DNA of 64,000 nucleotides from Candidatus Magasanikiibacteriota bacterium (GCA_963840935.1 CAWJAS010000001.1:320875-384874), one strand, 5' to 3'; counted from the stretch's first letter, positions 29,394 through 39,561 are shown. The notes: generated by a model not told the origin, from the sequence alone. Translations and numbers: made by a program.

Positions 29394-30983
29394 ATGAGCT
29401 ATAAACATAAACCGGTGGCGCTTATTATTCTAGACGGTCTTGGTGTGGCGCCGGCCGGCGAAGGTAACGCCGTTGAACTAGCAAAAAAACCGCGTCTTGA
29501 TGATTTTAAAAAGAATTTTCCTGTCTCCACTTTATTTGCTTCTGGCACTGAAGTCGGTTTGCCTTATGGTACAATGGGAACTTCCGAGGTCGGGCACTTG
29601 AATATTGGCGCCGGTCGAGTTTATTATCAAACACTTCCGCGCATTGATGCCGACATTACTAAGGGTGATTTTTTCACAAATCCGGCTTTTTTATCGGCTA
29701 TTGAGCATGCAAAAAAGCATAATTCAAAACTTCATTTGATGGGTCTGGTTTCTTGCGGAAAAGTTCATTCAAGCGATGAACACTTGTTTCATTTGCTTTC
29801 ATTGATTAAAAAACAAGGTCTATCCAAAAATGTTTTTGTACACGCGTTTTTAGACGGAAGAGATACAATATTTAATTCCGGAAAATTTTTTATTGAGAAT
29901 TTACTCAAGCAAATGAGTGATTTAAAGGTTGGTAAACTTGCTTCTCTTTCCGGTCGTTATTGGGCGATGGATCGTGATAATCATTGGGACAGAATAGAAA
30001 AAGTATATCGGTTGATGACTGTAGGACAGGCGGACAGAATGGCGATTGACCCGATTCAGGCGATTGAGGGCGCCTATGCCAATAAAAATTATGATGAAGA
30101 ATTTTTGCCCACCGTTTTAACCGATAAAAATAATAAACCGATTGCCCAAGTTGATGAAAATGACGCAATTATTTTTTTTAATTATCGTCCCGACAGAGCC
30201 AGAGAGTTGACAAAAGCTTTTGTTTTGCCGGAATTTAATAAGTTTGAAACAAAAAAACTTGATAATATTTTTTTCACCGCCATGGCTGAATACGAAAAAG
30301 ATTTGCCGGTAGATATGATTGCTTACCCTCCGGTCGTAATCATAAATAGTTTGGCGGAGGTTGTGAGTAAGGCCGGTTTAAAACAATTTCACATTGCGGA
30401 AACGGAAAAATACGCCCACATCACATTTTTTTTGAATGGCATGAAAGAGGATCCGTTCGCGGGGGAAGACAGAAAAATTATTCCATCTCCCAAAGTGTCG
30501 TCATTTGATCAGGTGCCGGAAATGTCGGCCCATGAAGTAACCAAAGAAACCATCAAAGCGGTTGAAAGTGATAAGTATGATTTAATTGCAATAAATTTTG
30601 CCAATCCCGATATGGTTGGTCATACGGGGAATTTGGAAGCAACAGTAAAAGCTGTTGAAGTAATTGACGAATGTGTCGGAAATATTGTTGACCATATTTT
30701 GGCCAAAAATGGCGCGGTAGTAATTACCGCCGACCACGGAAACGCGGAAGAAGTGGTTAATTTGCAGACCGGCGAAATTGATAAGGAGCATTCCAATAAT
30801 CCGGTGCCATTATATATTGTTTGCCAGGATTATTTGGGACAGGCCGGTCCGGCCGGAGACCCGCCGGAAGGGGATTTGAGTTTATTACCGCCGGTTGGAG
30901 TTTTGGCTGATGTGGCACCAACCGTTTTGAAATTAATGGGTGTTGAACAACCGGATGAAATGACAGGGAAGAGTTTAACCTAG
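29394..30983 (+). CDS. gpmI: 2,3-bisphosphoglycerate-independent phosphoglycerate mutase (tandem paralog, copy 2)
   Basis: LIILDGLGVA, GTSEVGHLNIGAGRVYYQ, ADHGNAEE. Diverged from copy 1 but all core motifs are intact. Confidence 0.8.
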   Translation: MSYKHKPVALIILDGLGVAPAGEGNAVELAKKPRLDDFKKNFPVSTLFASGTEVGLPYGTMGTSEVGHLNIGAGRVYYQTLPRIDADITKGDFFTNPAFLSAIEHAKKHNSKLHLMGLVSCGKVHSSDEHLFHLLSLIKKQGLSKNVFVHAFLDGRDTIFNSGKFFIENLLKQMSDLKVGKLASLSGRYWAMDRDNHWDRIEKVYRLMTVGQADRMAIDPIQAIEGAYANKNYDEEFLPTVLTDKNNKPIAQVDENDAIIFFNYRPDRARELTKAFVLPEFNKFETKKLDNIFFTAMAEYEKDLPVDMIAYPPVVIINSLAEVVSKAGLKQFHIAETEKYAHITFFLNGMKEDPFAGEDRKIIPSPKVSSFDQVPEMSAHEVTKETIKAVESDKYDLIAINFANPDMVGHTGNLEATVKAVEVIDECVGNIVDHILAKNGAVVITADHGNAEEVVNLQTGEIDKEHSNNPVPLYIVCQDYLGQAGPAGDPPEGDLSLLPPVGVLADVAPTVLKLMGVEQPDEMTGKSLT

Positions 30984-32165
30984 AAAATTTAATGCTTGAA
31001 ATTGTTTTTTGATTTCATCTATAACGGCGCTTTCCGCTTCTTTAATGCTTTTACCGGAAATTGAGAATTCAACGGTTTTTTTATCGCCCTCCGGTTTAAA
31101 GAATTTTACCAGCTGTTTGGCGTCAAATTTTTTATCGACTGTGAGAAAAAAGCGGGTAGTGCCGTTATTTTTTTCGTCCTCATAAGCTATTAATATCAGT
31201 TTGGCGTCTGGTGAGTTGGCAATTAATTCAGAGACCAAATCCGGCAATTCTTTTGCCGTTGCTCCGGAGCGAGTAAAATCATCTCGTGTAATCATGGTTG
31301 AAACCAAGCCGATGGATTGATCTGTTTGTAAGTTATAAAGGGCGCGTCCCCATAATTTCAACGTGGAAATTGTTTTTGTGCGATATAAATTTTTAATTAT
31401 CATTTCTCGATCAGCCCCTATTTCCATCAGTTTGCCGGCCAGATTCAAAGTTGCCGGAGTGACACTGGGGGTTTTGAAACTTCTGGTACGAGCAATCATG
31501 CCGGTTAAAATGGATGTGGCTCTATCCGCGTCAGTATCAAGACCGATGTCAGTCATTGTTTTATAAATAATTTCAGATATGGAGCAGGCGGTTAAATCTA
31601 TTATATTCAAATTTCCAAAATGTTCGTTAGCCGGATTATTATCTATATTAATCAGGGGAGTGCGATAAAAAAGGTCTGTGTTGTTAAAAAATATATTACC
31701 AAGAGAATTAAGGTCGGCCGCGCCCAAAATAAAAATCAAATCATATTTATATCCGGTCTGCAGAGTGCGAATATTCTTTTTTCCAATAATGCCTTGACGG
31801 GGAGTTAAATGAATTGAAAGCCAGTTATCGGATATGTCATAACTTAGCGCATCAATTTTTATATCTGAAACGTCAACTTTTATGGTGAATTTATGTAAAT
31901 GCGATAATTCCGGTTTTATTGCATCAATTGATTTGAGATAGCCAAGCTCGGGAATAGGAGAATATCCGTCAGAAACAATTTCCGCTTTTTTTCCTTTTTT
32001 TTGCAAATAACTTTTTAACGCCAGGGCGGAAGAAATTGCATCGTGTTTTAAATCAATATTAAAAACAATCAGCGGGCGTTCGCTGTTTTCAATCAGCTTA
32101 TTTAATTGGTTTAGTTCATTAAACATAGAATTAGTGATTATATCTAATATATCGATTTTTGTCAA
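30975..32165 (-). CDS. DHH-family (NrnA-like) protein with degenerate active-site motifs
   Basis: NrnA-like layout, but DHH is replaced by DNN (INIDNNPANEHFGNLNIID), the DxD motif is replaced (LKHDAISSALAL), and the GGGH motif is degenerate. Confidence 0.5.
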   Translation of the reverse strand: MTKIDILDIITNSMFNELNQLNKLIENSERPLIVFNIDLKHDAISSALALKSYLQKKGKKAEIVSDGYSPIPELGYLKSIDAIKPELSHLHKFTIKVDVSDIKIDALSYDISDNWLSIHLTPRQGIIGKKNIRTLQTGYKYDLIFILGAADLNSLGNIFFNNTDLFYRTPLINIDNNPANEHFGNLNIIDLTACSISEIIYKTMTDIGLDTDADRATSILTGMIARTRSFKTPSVTPATLNLAGKLMEIGADREMIIKNLYRTKTISTLKLWGRALYNLQTDQSIGLVSTMITRDDFTRSGATAKELPDLVSELIANSPDAKLILIAYEDEKNNGTTRFFLTVDKKFDAKQLVKFFKPEGDKKTVEFSISGKSIKEAESAVIDEIKKQFQALNFLG

Positions 32166-32336
32166 TGCTATTTTTTTGGCTAACGATAAGCATTTTTTAT
32201 CGATTTTTATGGCATTTTGTTGTGATTATATGAGTATTTCTTGCTATTTACCCCGAAAACAAGTAAAATATATTGCATAAAGCCGTATAAAACGGCCATT
32301 TGAGATTACAATTTTTGCTATTATTGATTAAAAATT

Positions 32337-35006
32337 ATGGAATTGCCCAAGGCTTACGAACCGGCGAACTATGAAGATAATATATATGAAAAATGGATAA
32401 AATCCGGTTTTTTTAATCCTGATGTTTGCATTGAAAAAGACGTGGTAAAAAAGAACGCCCCCTTTTTTTCTATGGTTTTACCACCGCCGAATGTGACCGG
32501 AGTGTTGCACATGGGGCACGCGGCCATGCTTGCGATTGAAGACACAATGACCAGATATCACCGAATGAAAGGTGACAGGACTTTGTGGTTGCCGGGTACC
32601 GACCATGCGGCTATCGCCACACAAACAAAAGTGGAAAAATTACTGATGAATAAAGGTTTAAAAGACCCTAAAAAAGAATTGGGGCGTGAGAAATTTTTGG
32701 AGGAAGTAAATAATTTTGCTAAAGCTTCGCATGATACAATTATCAATCAATGCAAAAAAATGGGGTCAAGTTTGGATTGGAGCCGAGAAGCTTTCACACT
32801 AGACGAAAAACGTAATCTGGCGGTGCGAACGGTGTTTAAAAAAATGTATGATGACGGTTTGATTGAAAGAGGATACCGAATTGTTAATTGGTGTCCGCGT
32901 TGCCACTCAACGCTCGCTGACGACGAAGTTGAACACAAAGAGCAATCGGCAAAAATTTATACATTTAAATACTCGTCGGAATTCCCGTTTGCCATTGCCA
33001 CCACCAGACCGGAAACAAAACTTGGCGACACGGCCGTGGCTGTAAACCCAAAAGATAAAAGATACAAAAAATATATTGGTCAAATTTTTGAAATAAAAAC
33101 TTTTGCCGGAGGAACTGATTTAAAAATACAAATAATCGGAGATGAAGCGGTGGATATGGATTATGGCACCGGAGCGGTCGGTGTTACTCCGGCTCATAGC
33201 CATGTTGATTATGAAATGGCGCAAAAAAATAATTTGCCGATTATAAAAATTATTGATGAAGATGGAAAAATGACAAGTGAAGCCGGTAACACCTACGCCG
33301 GTTTGACCGTCAAGGAAGCGCGCAAGAAAGTAGTCGAATATTTGCAAGCGAATGATTTGCTTATTGAAGAAAAAGACGCGCCGAATAATTTGTCGGTTTG
33401 CTATCGTTGTGAAGCGCCGATTGAGCCGTTGCCGTCGCGTCAATGGTTTATTAAAGTGAACAAAGAATTTGAAATGGGACCGTCAAAAATTAAGGGCGTA
33501 AAAAAGGGCGACAAAACAACATTAAAAAAGCTAATGCTTGCATCGGTTAAAAGCGGGCAAATTAAAATTATTCCGGATAGATTCGAGAAAACATATTTTC
33601 ATTGGATTGAAAATTTGCACGACTGGTGTATTTCGCGCCAAATTTGGTATGGCCATCAATTGCCGGTTTGGTATCGCGGAGAAGAAATCTTTGTCGGTCT
33701 TGATGCGCCTGAAGGTGATGACTGGCAACAAGACCCGGATACTTTAGACACTTGGTTCAGTTCCGGACTTTGGACTTTTTCCACATTGGGCTGGCCGGAT
33801 TTGGATGTTGAAGATTTTCAAAATTTCCACCCCACTTCAATGCTTGAAACAGGTTATGATATTCTGTTTTTTTGGGTAGCGCGGATGATTCTTATGAGTA
33901 ATTATGTTTTGGGCGATATTCCTTTTGAAACTGTTTATTTGCACGGACTTGTGCGTGATGAACAGGGGCGGAAAATGAGTAAAACCCTGGGCAATGTGAT
34001 TGACCCGCTTGATATGATTGCCAAATACGGTGCGGATGCCACTCGCTTGTCGCTTCTTGTTGGTAATACGCCGGGCAATGATTTGAAATTGTCTGAAGAA
34101 AAAATCGCCGGCTTCAGAAATTTTACCAATAAGCTTTGGAACATATCCAGATTTATACTTTTAAATATCGCTGACCCAAAAATTAGCATAAAAGAACCAA
34201 AAGCAAAAACATTAGCGGATGAATGGATTTTGAGCAGACTCGATGACATTATTGATTTAACCACAAAAAACATTGAACAAAATAATTTTTCTTATGCCGG
34301 AGAGCAATTGCGCGATTTTACTTGGAGCGATTTAGCTGATTGGTATTTGGAAATAGCCAAAATAGAAGGTGATAAATCTGAAATTTTAAATTATGTTTTG
34401 AATACGGTAATAAAACTCTGGCATCCGTTTATGCCATTTGTGACCGAGGCGGTTTGGCGAGAGATGTACGGAGAAGACCAGATGCTTATGGTGGAAGTTT
34501 GGCCTGTTAGTGGTATGGTGAGGAATAAAGTTGCGAAGAAGTCTATTGATTTTGAAACAATAAAAAGCATTATTACCAATATTCGTTCGCTTCGCGCTGA
34601 ATATAAAATTGAACCGGCAAAAAAAATAAAAGCGACGATTAGCGCCGGTGATAAAGAAAAATTATTACTCAATAACGACGAGATTATTAAAGGTTTGGCG
34701 CGTTTGGAAAATTTAATAATTTCTAAAAAAACTGAACGACCTGAGGGATCGGTTGGTTTTGTTGAAAATGGCGTAGAGGTCTTTGTGGATTTATCCGGTT
34801 TGGTAGATTTTGATAAAGAAAAAAAACGTTTAGAGGAAGACATCTTAACAACTGAAAAATATTTTTCCGGCGTTAAAAATAAATTATCCAATAAAGAATT
34901 TGTGAAAAACGCCCCGAAAGAAATCATTGAAAAAGAAAAACAAAAAATGACCGAAGCTGAAGATAAAATCTTAAAATTGCGCAATCAATTAGAAAATATT
35001 TCTTAA
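32337..35006 (+). CDS. valS: Valyl-tRNA synthetase
   Basis: HIGH (PNVTGVLHMGHA). KMSKS (KMSKTLGN). C-terminal coiled coil. Confidence 0.9.
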   Translation: MELPKAYEPANYEDNIYEKWIKSGFFNPDVCIEKDVVKKNAPFFSMVLPPPNVTGVLHMGHAAMLAIEDTMTRYHRMKGDRTLWLPGTDHAAIATQTKVEKLLMNKGLKDPKKELGREKFLEEVNNFAKASHDTIINQCKKMGSSLDWSREAFTLDEKRNLAVRTVFKKMYDDGLIERGYRIVNWCPRCHSTLADDEVEHKEQSAKIYTFKYSSEFPFAIATTRPETKLGDTAVAVNPKDKRYKKYIGQIFEIKTFAGGTDLKIQIIGDEAVDMDYGTGAVGVTPAHSHVDYEMAQKNNLPIIKIIDEDGKMTSEAGNTYAGLTVKEARKKVVEYLQANDLLIEEKDAPNNLSVCYRCEAPIEPLPSRQWFIKVNKEFEMGPSKIKGVKKGDKTTLKKLMLASVKSGQIKIIPDRFEKTYFHWIENLHDWCISRQIWYGHQLPVWYRGEEIFVGLDAPEGDDWQQDPDTLDTWFSSGLWTFSTLGWPDLDVEDFQNFHPTSMLETGYDILFFWVARMILMSNYVLGDIPFETVYLHGLVRDEQGRKMSKTLGNVIDPLDMIAKYGADATRLSLLVGNTPGNDLKLSEEKIAGFRNFTNKLWNISRFILLNIADPKISIKEPKAKTLADEWILSRLDDIIDLTTKNIEQNNFSYAGEQLRDFTWSDLADWYLEIAKIEGDKSEILNYVLNTVIKLWHPFMPFVTEAVWREMYGEDQMLMVEVWPVSGMVRNKVAKKSIDFETIKSIITNIRSLRAEYKIEPAKKIKATISAGDKEKLLLNNDEIIKGLARLENLIISKKTERPEGSVGFVENGVEVFVDLSGLVDFDKEKKRLEEDILTTEKYFSGVKNKLSNKEFVKNAPKEIIEKEKQKMTEAEDKILKLRNQLENIS

Positions 35007-35010
35007 TAAT

Positions 35011-36195
35011 ATGAAGATAATCACAGACGAGCAAAAAATCAATGAACTGTTAACACGTGGTGTTGAAAATATTTACCCCAAAAAAGAATTTTTGGAGTCG
35101 CTTCTAAAATCCGGTAAACAATTAACTCTTTATACCGGTTACGATCCGACCGCGCCAAGTTTGCATATTGGTCATGCCATAACAATGATGAAACTACGCC
35201 AGTTTCAGGATTTAGGACACAAAGTTATTATGCTTATCGGTGATTTTACCGGCATGATCGGTGACCCTTCGGATAAATTGTCTGCGCGTAAACAGCAGAC
35301 GCGAGAAGAAGTAAAAAAGAATTTTATCGGTTGGAAAAAACAATCATCATCAATATTAAAATATGACGGTGATAATCCAGTGGAAATTAAATATAATAGT
35401 GAGTGGCATAAAAAATTATCTTTTGAAGATGTGGTTAATCTCGCCTCTCATTTTACGGTGCAACAAATGTTGGAGCGCGACATGTTTCAAAGAAGAATTG
35501 AAGAGGGAAAGCCGATTTATGTGCATGAATTTATGTATCCGCTTATGCAGGGTTATGATAGTGTTGCCATGGACGTGGACGGAGAGGTCGGGGGGAATGA
35601 TCAGACGTTTAATATGCTTGCCGGCAGAGATTTGATGAAAGATTTGAAAAATAAGGAAAAATTCGTTTTGACCACAAAATTGTTGGCCGATACTTCGGGT
35701 AAAAAAATGAGCAAAAGCGAGGGTAACGCAATATTTTTAACTGATGCTCCCGAAGAAATTTTTGGCAAAGTAATGAGTTGGACAGATGGAATGATTGAAA
35801 TCGGTTTTGAACTGTGCACGTGGCTCATTACGGATGAAATTAAAAAAATTATTAAAGAAAAAGAAAATCCGCGTGATCAAAAATTACGATTAGCCTTTGA
35901 GGTGGTTAAAACGTTTGTGGGCGAAAAAGAAGCCGGAATTGCCCAAGAGCATTTTATTAGTCAGTTTGCTAAAAAAGAAATTCCGGATGATATGCCCGAG
36001 GTGAAAGCGTCTGATATTATGTCGGCCTTAATAGGCACAAAAATCTGCAAAAGCAAATCAGAGGCGCGTCAGGTGATTGACCAGGGTGGTGTAAAAATAA
36101 ACGAAAAAAAGGTGGAAGCGGGCGATTACACGGCCATGGTTAAAGCAGGCGACATAATTCAAAAAGGTAGTCGCTGGTTTGCGCGCGTAAAATAA
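35011..36195 (+). CDS. tyrS: Tyrosyl-tRNA synthetase
   Basis: HIGH (PTAPSLHIGHA). KMSKS (KMSKSEGN). C-terminal S4 domain. Confidence 0.9.
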   Translation: MKIITDEQKINELLTRGVENIYPKKEFLESLLKSGKQLTLYTGYDPTAPSLHIGHAITMMKLRQFQDLGHKVIMLIGDFTGMIGDPSDKLSARKQQTREEVKKNFIGWKKQSSSILKYDGDNPVEIKYNSEWHKKLSFEDVVNLASHFTVQQMLERDMFQRRIEEGKPIYVHEFMYPLMQGYDSVAMDVDGEVGGNDQTFNMLAGRDLMKDLKNKEKFVLTTKLLADTSGKKMSKSEGNAIFLTDAPEEIFGKVMSWTDGMIEIGFELCTWLITDEIKKIIKEKENPRDQKLRLAFEVVKTFVGEKEAGIAQEHFISQFAKKEIPDDMPEVKASDIMSALIGTKICKSKSEARQVIDQGGVKINEKKVEAGDYTAMVKAGDIIQKGSRWFARVK

Positions 36196-36196
36196 T

Positions 36197-37885
36197 ATGG
36201 ATGAAATAAAAAAAATAATCATTGATTTATTGAAATCAGCCGGAGTTTCCGGCGATATTGAGTTGTCATCCCCGCCAAAGCCGGAAATGGGGGATTTTTG
36301 TTTTGCTTGTTTTGATATGGCAAAAAAAAATCAGAGCAATCCTCAGCAAGAAGCGCGAGATTTATTAGAAAAAATTAAACATAGTAAAATTATAAACAAT
36401 GTTGAAGCGAATGGGCCATATTTGAATTTTTTTGTAAATTCCGGCATGGCAGTAAAAATATTATTGGAATCAATAATTAAACAGAATAAGAATAAACTTC
36501 CAAATATTGGCCAGCATGGGAAGGTAGTAATTGAGTATCCGTCAAACAACACGCACAAAGAATTGCACATAGGGCATTTACGCAATATTTGTATTGGAAA
36601 TTCTTTGGTTCGATTGTTTAAGCATAGCGGATATAATGTTCAGCCGATAAATTATATTAATGATTTTGGCGCTCATGTGGCTAAATGTCTTTGGGGTTTA
36701 ATCAAATTCCACAATAAAGAAAAACCGCCGGCTAACAAACAAAAATGGCTTGGTGAAATATATGCCGAGGCCGGCAAGTATCTTGAAGAGCATCCTGAAT
36801 CAAAAAGTGAAGTCCAAGAAATTCAAAAAAAATTAGAAGCAGGCGATAAACAAATAATGCCAATATATTTGCGCACAAGAAAATGGAGTTTAGAACAATT
36901 TGAAAAAATTTATAAACAACTTGGTGTTTATCATAAACGAACATTTTTTGAAAAAGAAGTTAAAAAATCCGGTCAAAAAATGGTGGATAGTTTGATAAAA
37001 AGTGGAATAGCTAAAACAGGAGAAGGAGGAGCGATTATTGTTGATTTGTCTGGCTATGGACTAGATGTTGCTTTGTTGAGAAAAAGTGATGGCACCGGTT
37101 TATATTTGACTTCCGACTTGGGTTTGGCGTTAGGGAAAGATTTGTTTTTTAAGGATTATAGTGAAAGTATCCATTTGACCGGCACGGAGCAAAATTTTTA
37201 TTTTAAACAACTTTTTAAACTACTTGAGTTGGCCGGTTATAAATTCAAGATGACTCATATTGGTTATGGTTTAGTTAGTTTAGCTGAAGGAAAAATGTCT
37301 TCGCGAAGTGGTCGTGTTGTTTTGTATGAAGATGTCTGGAAAATGGTCTGCGATAAGGCGTTATTGGAAACTGCCAATCGCCATCCTGATTGGAGTGGAA
37401 AAAAAATAGAAAAAACTGCTCAAATTATTGCGATGGCGGCAATAAAATTTGATTTTTTGAAACACGAGTCCGTCAAGGTTATGGTTTTTGATCCGGCAAC
37501 GGCATTGTCATTTGATGGTTTTACCGGTCCTTATATTCTTTATACGATTGCGCGCGTTAATAGCATGATTTGCAAGAAAAAAACACGGGTGCGCAAAGCT
37601 GATTTGAATTTACTGGTTGAACCAGAAGAAAAAAGATTGGCTATTAAAATGGCTGATTTGGATAGTGCGACGATTAAAGCGACGGCAAATTACAATCCTT
37701 CGATTATTGCCAAATATGCTTTTGATACAGCGAAGCTATATAATGATTTTTATAATAAGCACAGTGTATTAAAAGCCGAAACCAAAGAACTGGTGAGCGC
37801 TCGTCTGAGTTTGTCTTTAGCGGTGAAAAATATTTTGACCAAAGCTTTGGAACTGCTCTCTATTGAAACTGTTAAGGAAATGTAA
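36197..37885 (+). CDS. argS: Arginyl-tRNA synthetase
   Basis: PSNNTHKELHIGHLRN HIGH region. DALR anticodon-binding C-terminus. Confidence 0.9.
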   Translation: MDEIKKIIIDLLKSAGVSGDIELSSPPKPEMGDFCFACFDMAKKNQSNPQQEARDLLEKIKHSKIINNVEANGPYLNFFVNSGMAVKILLESIIKQNKNKLPNIGQHGKVVIEYPSNNTHKELHIGHLRNICIGNSLVRLFKHSGYNVQPINYINDFGAHVAKCLWGLIKFHNKEKPPANKQKWLGEIYAEAGKYLEEHPESKSEVQEIQKKLEAGDKQIMPIYLRTRKWSLEQFEKIYKQLGVYHKRTFFEKEVKKSGQKMVDSLIKSGIAKTGEGGAIIVDLSGYGLDVALLRKSDGTGLYLTSDLGLALGKDLFFKDYSESIHLTGTEQNFYFKQLFKLLELAGYKFKMTHIGYGLVSLAEGKMSSRSGRVVLYEDVWKMVCDKALLETANRHPDWSGKKIEKTAQIIAMAAIKFDFLKHESVKVMVFDPATALSFDGFTGPYILYTIARVNSMICKKKTRVRKADLNLLVEPEEKRLAIKMADLDSATIKATANYNPSIIAKYAFDTAKLYNDFYNKHSVLKAETKELVSARLSLSLAVKNILTKALELLSIETVKEM

Positions 37886-37975
37886 TTATTGTATCTGTCG
37901 GTTATCCACACTTCAAAAAAACGCTGAAAAGGTGTATCATATTATCAGATATTAATTTTATAATTATTCAATATT

Positions 37976-38470
37976 ATGATTTTCAAACGCCAAACAAATC
38001 AAGAGGTTCCCGAGGAATTGGAAGAAGAATTGGTTGAAGAAGAAATATATGATGAAAGCGGTCATTCGCCGGATGATAATGTCGATACGGTCGTCGGGCC
38101 TTCGGTAAACGTTGAAGGTGATTTTGCTTCAGACGGTAATATTATTGTGAAAGGCACGGTAACCGGAAGCGTGAATACAAGCAAGAATTTGCTGGTGGAG
38201 CCCGGAGCCAAAATAGTGGCCAATGTAAAAGCCGGAAGCGCCACTATTGCCGGAGAAGTCCGTGGTAATATGAAAGTCAAAGAATATGTTGAATTAACTT
38301 CAACGGCGAGAGTTGTTGGCGACATTGAGACAAAAACGATTGCCGTAGAAGCCGGAGCTTTAATTTATGGAAAAATCGCCATGCCCGGATTGGAGTCAGG
38401 CGAATTAAAGGGACGTTCAAACAGGTCAAGAAAAAGCGGGAATATAAATATTCAGCCAATGGATGAATAG
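37976..38470 (+). CDS. Bactofilin-family cytoskeletal protein
   Basis: Repetitive beta-helix repeats (GDFASDGNIIVKGTVTGSVNTSKNLLVEPGAKIVANVKAGSATIAGEVRGNM) with disordered acidic and basic ends. Confidence 0.7.
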   Translation: MIFKRQTNQEVPEELEEELVEEEIYDESGHSPDDNVDTVVGPSVNVEGDFASDGNIIVKGTVTGSVNTSKNLLVEPGAKIVANVKAGSATIAGEVRGNMKVKEYVELTSTARVVGDIETKTIAVEAGALIYGKIAMPGLESGELKGRSNRSRKSGNINIQPMDE

Positions 38471-38493
38471 GGGGGATAAACAGAAAATAAGTT

Positions 38494-39258
38494 ATGTACG
38501 TTTATCTCTATGATAATTATTTAAACGGCAAGAAATACAATTCCTTGCTCAAACAAATTGAAATTAATTTGGTTGATTATGGAATTGCCGGAAAAATTTT
38601 GCGTTTGAATAATTATATTGATGTTAAGCCGGTCATTGAAGATGAAATCAAGAGGGGGGCGAAAAACATTGTTATTGTCGGCAATGACAGGACTTTTGGT
38701 CATGTATTATCACGCGGTGCAACTTGCGACGCGGTTTTTGGTTTTTTGCCCGTTGGCCCCGATAATACCATCGCAGAAATTTTGGGAATTCCAGAGGGCT
38801 TATCGGCAGTTGATGTTTTGGCCAAGAGAAGAAAAGAAAAATTGGATGTTGGTTGGTTTAATAATCGTTTTTTTGTTTCGCAATTGCATGTTTTGCCGGC
38901 CAAAGTCAGAGTTATTTACGATGAAAAATTTCAGGTGTCAACACCCTTTAAAATGGAAGTAGTGGTGTGTAATTTTCAGCCCTTCTATTGGAAAAGAAAT
39001 AAAAAAGACAACGAAGAATTCGTGGTTCATCCGCAAGATGGAAAACTGGAAGCGTTTCTCAGGCCATTGACAAAAACCGGTTGGTTCGGCTATAAATATG
39101 AAGACCCGAGTATATTTCCTTTTGAAGAAATGGAAATAATCGGGGAAAGCCCTTTTATTGTTGAAGCTGACGGCAAATCAACCAAAGAAGTAAAGGTCAA
39201 AATTAAATTGGCAAAAAATAAAGTATCAATGATTGTCGGCAGAGAAAGACGTTTTTAG
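38494..39258 (+). CDS. Diacylglycerol/lipid kinase catalytic-domain (YegS-like) protein, divergent
   Basis: NIVIVGNDRTFGHV resembles the GGDGT motif. LPVGPDNTIAEILGIP resembles PxGTGND of DAGK_cat. Confidence 0.5.
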   Translation: MYVYLYDNYLNGKKYNSLLKQIEINLVDYGIAGKILRLNNYIDVKPVIEDEIKRGAKNIVIVGNDRTFGHVLSRGATCDAVFGFLPVGPDNTIAEILGIPEGLSAVDVLAKRRKEKLDVGWFNNRFFVSQLHVLPAKVRVIYDEKFQVSTPFKMEVVVCNFQPFYWKRNKKDNEEFVVHPQDGKLEAFLRPLTKTGWFGYKYEDPSIFPFEEMEIIGESPFIVEADGKSTKEVKVKIKLAKNKVSMIVGRERRF

Positions 39259-39264
39259 TTTAAC

Positions 39265-39346
39265 GCGCGGGTGGCGAAATTGGTAAACGCACTACCTTGA
39301 GGTGGTAGCGCCGAAAGGCTTGGAGGTTCGAGTCCTCTCTCGCGCA
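39265..39346 (+). tRNA. tRNA-Leu (anticodon GAG), long variable arm
   Basis: Manual fold. Acceptor GCGCGGG/CTCGCGC, D-arm GCG…CGC, anticodon stem CTACC/GGTAG with loop TTGAGGT, 13-nt variable arm, T-arm GGAGG-TTCGAGT-CCTCT, discriminator A. CCA not encoded at this copy. Confidence 0.8.
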
Positions 39347-39347
39347 C

Positions 39348-39496
39348 AAGCGAGCCAATAGTTTGGCTCGCGTGAGGACGAGAACGCCGGAGCGATGTTT
39401 GGTGAGCTTGCGAGCGAACCAAACCGCGAGGCGGCGGCTAGTCCCGAAGGGATCCCTTTGGGAACCGCCGAGCCGGAAGGCGAGGCGAGTCGGAGC
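39348..39496 (+). mobile_element. GC-rich repeat-family element inserted at the tRNA-Leu 3' end, flanked by a 19-nt direct repeat
   Basis: CGAGTCCTCTCTCGCGCAC occurs at 39329-39347 (tRNA T-loop/acceptor) and again at 39497-39515, the latter followed by CCA. The interior holds GCGAGCCAA-tagt-TTGGCTCGC and the family palindrome GTCCCGAAGGGATCCCTTTGGGAAC (39441-39465). Confidence 0.6.
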
Positions 39497-39533
39497 CGAG
39501 TCCTCTCTCGCGCACCAATAATAAAAAACTAAA

Positions 39534-39561
39534 CATCACCCTTATCAGGGTGATGTTTTTT
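39534..39561. terminator. Bidirectional Rho-independent terminator
   Basis: CATCACCCT-tatc-AGGGTGATG with A-run upstream and T6 downstream. Confidence 0.65.
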
